A DNA stretch of 64,000 nucleotides from Chrysomallon squamiferum (Eukaryota > Animalia > Mollusca). Position numbers and translations under genes: made by a program. The stretch covers positions 3,224,001 to 3,288,000 of the forward strand of contig CM022669.1 in NCBI GenBank assembly GCA_012295275.1, given 5' to 3'. Shown here in pieces: positions 9,975 through 64,000 of the stretch. The notes under the pieces were generated by a model. That model ran no database searches. It was given only the letters and a program-made list of their open reading frames with translations, and had not been told where the DNA came from. The stretch's first letter is position 1. Each line of letters begins with the position of its first letter.

Positions 9975-12686
9975 ATGGCGGATAAAAACAACACTGCAAC
10001 ACGCCCCTCATATGATAGACGATCAAAACTGTTGTTTTTTGAAAAAATGTTTAATTGTCAAGAAATATATGCTAAACATTCAGCACAGAGTAAGAAAGAG
10101 AAAAACAAAAGATGTTTGTTAAGTAAAAAGATTAAATTACCTGCTGGGAAATTGTTAAAGAAAAGAAAAAAGCTTGAACTGCCTGTCAGAATATATAATG
10201 TTAAAAATAAGTCAGACTCTATTAACAGTGGAAGTATCTCATGTGCTGAAAATGGTTTTGTCTCAACTTACAAAACTGAACACATTACAGAAGCTACTGA
10301 TGATGCTGTAATCAGTATTTTAGATGGAAATGGTAACAATTTACCCCCAAATAAAATAACTTCATCAGGTGAAATTATTGTTTCAAAGTCTAAAGACAAC
10401 ACAGATGAAACTATAGATGTTGCTCAGAATGAGAATAACAAAGCTGCACTGGGTGGCCCTGACGCATCATCAGGTGGCCTTCATAATAACAAAGTTCTGG
10501 AAAATGATTTATCTGGATTTTCTGGTAAACAAGAACAAAACAATAAGGGAGTTACAGTATTTGCTTACAAATGTCAAAAATGCCAAAAAGGTTTTGCAGC
10601 ATTTAACCTTCTGCAAGACCACAGTCCTACTGAGTGTTCAAAATTTAGAAAAACGAAACAAAAGTCCAAACCACGTGACAAAAAACAGTCTTTAAGTATA
10701 CTGTTTTCTTGTCATGTTTGCAGTAGAACATTTGTCAAATCAAAATCACTTGTCAGACATTATAACAAACATTTCTCACCACGGGATGCTTGTATTTTAC
10801 CTAATAGGTTAGTTAAAACAACTCATGAGGACCAGAGCACGTCACATTTTGTACAGCAGACTGTTTTATCAAACCATGAACCATTTGATATTGACTCCAG
10901 TTCAGAAAATCGTCATTTTATCTGTCGTGTTTGTGATAAACATTTTGCAGAACAGATGTCATTTCTAAACCACTTCAGAAGCCATCATTACAAGACTTCA
11001 CAATCTGCCACCTCTGGCAATGACCTGCATGATAAAATTAGTCAGGCTGATCAAACCATAAACATGCGTGACAAAAGTGAAGTCATGAATCCTGAAGAGT
11101 ATTTTATTTCATCCAGTGATTTCCAAAACAATCAGTTAAATAGTCAAAAAGAGGTTGAAGGAAGCTTGAAAGAATTGGAGAAAAAGTCAAATAATGCTGC
11201 TGGTTCTTCACATTCAAAGACAAAGAGGAATGATATGAATGTTAACAGAGAACCTCTTGAATATTCTCAACTTAGTGTGAAGTTAAAAACAGGAGATAAT
11301 GAAGACTGTGAGAATTCGAGAATTAGTATTAAAATAGGAGGATTCGAAATAGAAATTGATCATCCTGCAGATGATGTTAATGGGGAAAAAATGGCAAAAA
11401 ATGATACAAGTGAAAATAAATTTATTTGTAAAGTTTGTTGCAAATCATTTTCTAACTGCATCCAATTAACACGTCATAATACAATCCATAAAATTATACC
11501 AGAAAGAAAAAACACAGAATCTCATCTTGACAAGGACTTGAATGAAAAAACAAAACCATATTCATGTCCCGAATGTAGAAAATCATTTTCAACAGTGTTA
11601 AGATTTCGGTACCATATTAAAACACATGGTAAAATGTCTTACTGTGCTACTTGTGGAATTCTTGTAAGTTCATTAGAAAATTTAATGTGTCACATAAAGG
11701 AGCATAAAAAGAAAGAAAACAGCTGCAAGAGTTCAGAATTAAAAAATGAGACAAAAATTGACGGAAATAAATGTAAAATCTGTTTGATCTGCTCTAAAAG
11801 CTTCATTTCAGCATATGGTTTCAAACAACATATGGCCCGTCATGGTTTCAAAAAATATTGTCCAAGATTGAGTAAAACAAAAACAAAGAAAGTAAAAAAG
11901 TTAAGTTCAAAGTATGTTGCTTCTAAACAAAATGAATCAAAAGATGTTAAAAGAGAAAATGACATATCTGTACATTCAGCAAATTCTGATTTAGAAGAAA
12001 ATGAAAATGAATTTAATCCCATCTCAGTTAGAAATAGTTGCAATGCTGACAAAACTGATTTTACTCACACCATTAATAGTCCATGTGATGATGATGCAGA
12101 CTATAATTTAGATGATTCAGACATACAGACGTCACTTGTAATTTCTAACACTTTCAGTTTAACTAAGGACAATTCTGAAAATGTTGATATTCTTACTCGA
12201 TTGGAATGTCAGTTGGCCATAGAACAAGAGGAACACTTTAGTAAACAAGTTCCAGAATCTTCCTTGACAAATCTACACAACGGCATGACAAAAGATGACA
12301 TTTTTATTAAACCAGTGAAACAAGTAACTGATGTTTCTGTATTGAATGAACAAGACAAGAGGACTGATTGTGAAACTGATTCGTCACTGAATGCTACTTC
12401 AGACTCTGACAGCTGTTTCAGAAAAGATGAACTTTCAGAAAACCAGGCAGGACAGTTAACTCATCTTTGTCTTGTAGATAAACAGGAGATGAAGACGGAC
12501 AATAACAGTGATATAACTGATGTTAAAATCAGTTTTCCTCAACTTGGAGAACATGGCAGACCTACTGGACAGTCCAGTGTCAAAATGGATTCAGATATTG
12601 TTTGTGAGATCTGTTCAAAAATTATGCCAACATTGGCCTTCAAACGCATTCATCTTTTATTGCATAAAAAAGTAGTTAAAAAGTAA
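9975..12686 (+). CDS. C2H2 zinc-finger protein, 903 aa, with 7 C2H2 fingers plus one C2HC-like finger, dispersed; uninterrupted CDS
   Basis: 2.7-kb ORF in AT-rich DNA; first ATG (GCAATGG) at 9975. Fingers: CHVC..HYNKH, CRVC..HFRSHH, CKVC..HNTIH, CPEC..HIKTH, CATC..HIKEH, CLIC..HMARH, CEIC..HLLLH, plus CQKC..HSPTEC. Basic NLS-like N-terminus; AATAAA downstream (~12754). Confidence 0.92.
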   Translation: MADKNNTATRPSYDRRSKLLFFEKMFNCQEIYAKHSAQSKKEKNKRCLLSKKIKLPAGKLLKKRKKLELPVRIYNVKNKSDSINSGSISCAENGFVSTYKTEHITEATDDAVISILDGNGNNLPPNKITSSGEIIVSKSKDNTDETIDVAQNENNKAALGGPDASSGGLHNNKVLENDLSGFSGKQEQNNKGVTVFAYKCQKCQKGFAAFNLLQDHSPTECSKFRKTKQKSKPRDKKQSLSILFSCHVCSRTFVKSKSLVRHYNKHFSPRDACILPNRLVKTTHEDQSTSHFVQQTVLSNHEPFDIDSSSENRHFICRVCDKHFAEQMSFLNHFRSHHYKTSQSATSGNDLHDKISQADQTINMRDKSEVMNPEEYFISSSDFQNNQLNSQKEVEGSLKELEKKSNNAAGSSHSKTKRNDMNVNREPLEYSQLSVKLKTGDNEDCENSRISIKIGGFEIEIDHPADDVNGEKMAKNDTSENKFICKVCCKSFSNCIQLTRHNTIHKIIPERKNTESHLDKDLNEKTKPYSCPECRKSFSTVLRFRYHIKTHGKMSYCATCGILVSSLENLMCHIKEHKKKENSCKSSELKNETKIDGNKCKICLICSKSFISAYGFKQHMARHGFKKYCPRLSKTKTKKVKKLSSKYVASKQNESKDVKRENDISVHSANSDLEENENEFNPISVRNSCNADKTDFTHTINSPCDDDADYNLDDSDIQTSLVISNTFSLTKDNSENVDILTRLECQLAIEQEEHFSKQVPESSLTNLHNGMTKDDIFIKPVKQVTDVSVLNEQDKRTDCETDSSLNATSDSDSCFRKDELSENQAGQLTHLCLVDKQEMKTDNNSDITDVKISFPQLGEHGRPTGQSSVKMDSDIVCEICSKIMPTLAFKRIHLLLHKKVVKK

Positions 12687-13065
12687 ATAAATTATTTTAA
12701 AATGCTTCAGTTTAATATTGTATTATACACCAGATTATTTCATGACATTTTATAAATAAAAAATCACTATGTACAATATTTTTATTTCATTTTATTTTAT
12801 TAATGTTTTATTTATTTATTTATTTATTTATTCTACAAAGAAAGAAAAAAGATTGAATTTCCATTATTTAATTCTATATTCCTTTTGGAAGTGTTTTATT
12901 AAAATGTGTGTATATATGTATGTATATATATGTATAAAAATATACACAAACACACACATATATATGGTTAATGTCATGGTGCTATAAAAATATATAGATC
13001 ATGCATCATTGTTATCTGTTTAAAGTATATTAATTTTGATTTTTACAAGATAAAAGGAGCAAATA

Positions 13066-13490
13066 TTGGATTAAGATGTTGTTTGTGAGATTTGTTCAAA
13101 CGTACCAACATTGGCCTTCAAACACATTCATCCTTTATTGCATAAAAAAAATCCACTGGAATTTAAAACTAAAATATAGTGATTGCTTCAGTTTAATATT
13201 GTCATGGACAATACATTTTTTCATTACATTTTATGAATACAAAATCACCATGTACAATATTTTTATTTTCTCAACATTTTTTAAATTTGTTTTACTCTTT
13301 TATTTTTAAAAAAGATTGAAAAAAATAACAGATGGATTTTTTTCATTGTTTAATTCCTTTTGGAACTATTTTATTAAATCTTGTCAGTGTAAAGATACAG
13401 AGATCTTATGTAGATATTTTATTTTTATGTAATATAATTATATATACATAATACCATGCTGTAAAAATATAGATCATGCAGTCTCATTAT
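13066..13490 (+). pseudogene. Decayed tandem duplicate of the last zinc finger and 3' UTR of the ZF gene (source ~12585-13015)
   Basis: Aligns collinearly with the source; translates DVVCEICSNVPTLAFKHIHPLLHKK vs DIVCEICSKIMPTLAFKRIHLLLHKK; in-frame TAA just upstream. Confidence 0.88.
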
Positions 13491-14376
13491 TAGTCAAAAT
13501 GAAATGTACAAATATTATTTTATCATTTATTTTTATATTTTAAATCTTAACAGGTTAAACTTTGTATAAATTGAAATGGTTTTATTGTGCAATCACTCAG
13601 GAATTTGATCAGAATATGTTTTTAAAATAATTTATTAAACAATGTGAACAAATTTCTATTAGCTTCAACAATCATAATATATGCATTATTAATACATCTT
13701 AGTCATTAAAGAAACTATGAAAGTTATTAAATATTTACTGAAAACCAAGCCTGTTGTTTGTTTGTTTAATCATCATCTTAAAAATATTATCCATCATTTG
13801 AAAACAATGTAGAGGTTTGACTAGTTGAATCACTGTCTTAACATAAAGCCAAGATAAAATTATTTAAAAACAAAGCAGTGGTCATGCAGTTTTTCCCTCA
13901 TTCTTTCTGTGCTTAGCTGAGCACACAAGAAGTGGCTGTAATTCAGTGGTGGAACTAAATGTTACTTGATCCAGAATTGATGCATAATTATATCCAATTT
14001 TAATCACATACCATTAACAGCTGTTTTATTCTATGGATGTGAAGATTCATACCAAAGCTAACTGTTAAGAATAACTCACGGAATGTAAAAGTGAATTTAC
14101 TTTGTCGTATCATCATTACCAGGGCTGTAACTTGGATTACTTGTGTTACATAGACAATACATTGGCTAGATTTTGTTTTATGTTAATGAGTAGTTGTGTC
14201 AAATAATTTTGAATTAATACTTGTAGGAGGAAAGGTGCAGTCGCCATTTCTAATTCTTATTAACACAGAATATGACAGATATTAACTTTACTAGTACTAC
14301 TACTATTCTTATTATTATTACTGTTTTATTTTCATTCAAAGGTAAGTTAATTACAGAATTATTACACAGAGAAATG

Positions 14377-15842
14377 GGTGCTACTTTGGCATGTGATCTA
14401 CAAGAAGCAAATTCTACTTTGGTGTGATATATCTGCTTATTTTAACCATTTTGTTTATTCTTGGTTTTTTATTATTATTTTTCACAGCATAAATGAAACA
14501 AATTTTCCTTTTATTATATATTTATAATTTATAAGAACAAGGGTTAAAAAGTATACAAATTCGAATCATCTTATTTATGAACTGAGCAAACATCTGCTAG
14601 AAATGCAAGTAAAAGATCTTCAGCATTCTTCCTCATCTGTAGGCAACAGAATTAATGGGAAGGTTCTTTGGTTCACTCCTCTCATTTTTTTAAATATACA
14701 AATTTTTAAATCCAACCAGGTTTGTCAACTGCATAATGTCTTTGGTGATTGACAGCAGAATGGCCGAAATTTAGACAATTTAAGTTGGAGTACTCTGGCC
14801 ATTTGTTGGATTCAATAATTGAATTTTCTGCAAATACTCTTTGAATTATAGGTTCAAGTGTTTCACGATTTATTTTTTCTACATAAAAACAGCGGCAACC
14901 TGCACCTTTTTTCATTCTGAAGACCCAGGATCCATCAATGCATCTTCCATGGTTTCAGATGTTTTCTACTACAGCTTCACTATGAGTTGAATCATGGTCA
15001 TGGTCTCCTTGCAGCATTCTGCCTCTGTTGTAATTTCGGTGTCCTGCAAAATGAGTTGCATCAATTTGCACAGGCTCATCATTTTTCCACGATTATTAAC
15101 AATTTGTGAACAAATTTCACGACACATTTGAATCAATCACATACTGATTTGCTACCTCTACCAGTCAACTGGTGCACCTTATCATAAGAGATATCTTGAG
15201 TAAAATATGGCTCAGAGAAAGATTGCAATGGACTTTGTTGTTTAAATGTGTAAAGTGGAAAAAAACCTTTCTGGCATGGATGGAATGATAAGTTTGGCAG
15301 CCGCAAATTTTGCAACATAAAGTTGGCAGGATTTCACCCTTTCTCCCTTTTCTTCAAGCTTCCTTCATTTCTCCACTACACCAATGACATGTTGCAGCAT
15401 TTGCTTCATCATCTACAAGACCATTTCTTCGTAAGATTGTTACACTGTAGCTACCTTTCTATCATCGCTGATCTCGTTGTAAAAATCTTTAGCTAGCATC
15501 TTAAAGGTGCTTTAGAAACTGAAAACTAAATGAACAAGTAAAATTATAGAGCTGAATACTGATGAACTACCAAATCGTGTATCTATTCAGAAATGACGTT
15601 TGTCTGATGAGATTTTCTTATATGTCATATGTATCTGTCATGCGTTAATCTTAAAGGATTTTAAGATCTTCCTGTCTAATCCATTTCCGATCCTAGCTAG
15701 GTGAAATCTGTTGTATGATTTTACCTGCCTGCTATAAACTGACACGCTGTTATATAAATTTGCTAGATATTTGTTTTGCTGAAGATCGTCCTTTAACAAA
15801 GTTTAAGTGGTAGATCACATGCCAAAGTTTGAAAGTAGCTCC
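14377..15842 (-). mobile_element. Merlin-superfamily (IS1016/ISXO2-like) DNA transposon, decayed, ~1.47 kb
   Basis: Left TIR GGTGCTACTTTGGCATGTGATCTAC (14377); right end GTAGATCACATGCCAAAGT(ttgaaagt)AGCTCC (to 15842); flanks GAGAAATG / GAGATGTA resemble an eroded TSD; internal transposase remnants. Confidence 0.85.
14571..15499 (-). pseudogene. Merlin/ISXO2-type DDE transposase pseudogene
   Basis: Fragments in shifting frames: CHWC zinc knuckle, SVCD*F.MCREIC, VQIDATHFAGHRNYNRGR, GSWVF, RETLEPIIQR...IIESNKWPEYSNL...HSAVNH. Second catalytic D reads N; several stops and frameshifts. Confidence 0.85.
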
Positions 15843-16164
15843 GAGATGTACACATTGCTTTTTAATTTTTTTGTTAATATAGCTTTTGTTATTATATTTA
15901 AGTCTAAATACTGGTTATAATTAATTGCCACATACACCTGTTTATTTTCATTTCATTATTAGTTCTAAACAAATATATTTCCGGATGTACTCCAAAAATT
16001 TGCTGCGAAACTATAATTTACTGGTCCGCAGATGCTTTGATTCTGTCTGCGAGAAAAGAAAATGTTGACCTGGATAAGTGAGATGTTATTTATTTGTGGT
16101 ATGTCTGAGTAACAACCATACATAAGAGAGCATTATCTGACAGCCAGTTGCAGAACACATTACC

Positions 16165-63890
<47,726 letters not shown>

Positions 63891-64000
63891 GTAAGTTTTA
63901 TTTATTTATTTAGTTATTTAGTTATTTTTTAGCAGTAGTAACTCAGTGGTTTGACAACAGGTATGAGGCATGGTGAGACAAGGATCAGTTCTCTGTCATG

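Noticed and set aside
10417-12052. Alternative-frame and antisense ORFs inside the zinc-finger CDS
   Set aside because: Shadow ORFs of the main reading frame.
14706-15318. Minus-strand ORFs as a host gene or a domesticated transposase
   Set aside because: They are fragments of a frameshifted Merlin transposase with in-frame stops and a mutated catalytic Asp.

Overview
This is AT-rich, microsatellite-rich genomic DNA from an animal, probably an invertebrate; the taxon cannot be fixed from sequence alone. It contains three genes. (1) On the minus strand at 1-5001 are the first 8 coding exons of a type I fatty-acid-synthase-like/polyketide synthase. They cover most of a strongly divergent ketosynthase domain, and the gene runs off the left edge. 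(2) On the plus strand at 9975-12686 is a 903-aa protein with dispersed C2H2 zinc fingers and an uninterrupted CDS, followed by a decayed tandem copy of its last finger and 3' UTR. (3) On the plus strand from 16165 to beyond 63890 is SCAPER, with 28 phase-consistent GT-AG exons (~1353 codons) traced by hand; it runs off the right edge. A decayed Merlin-family DNA transposon with TIRs lies just upstream of SCAPER. RTE-like LINE remnants, hAT-type MITEs and two minisatellites are also present. Two observations stand out. First, the last five SCAPER introns expand abruptly to 3-10 kb and fill with complex non-coding islands, as expected for the Islet-Scaper regulatory block; this predicts an Islet gene just beyond the right edge. 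Second, the ketosynthase looks like an animal FAS-like polyketide synthase (AFPK) rather than the housekeeping FAS. Most short ORFs in the track are artefacts of repeats and introns.
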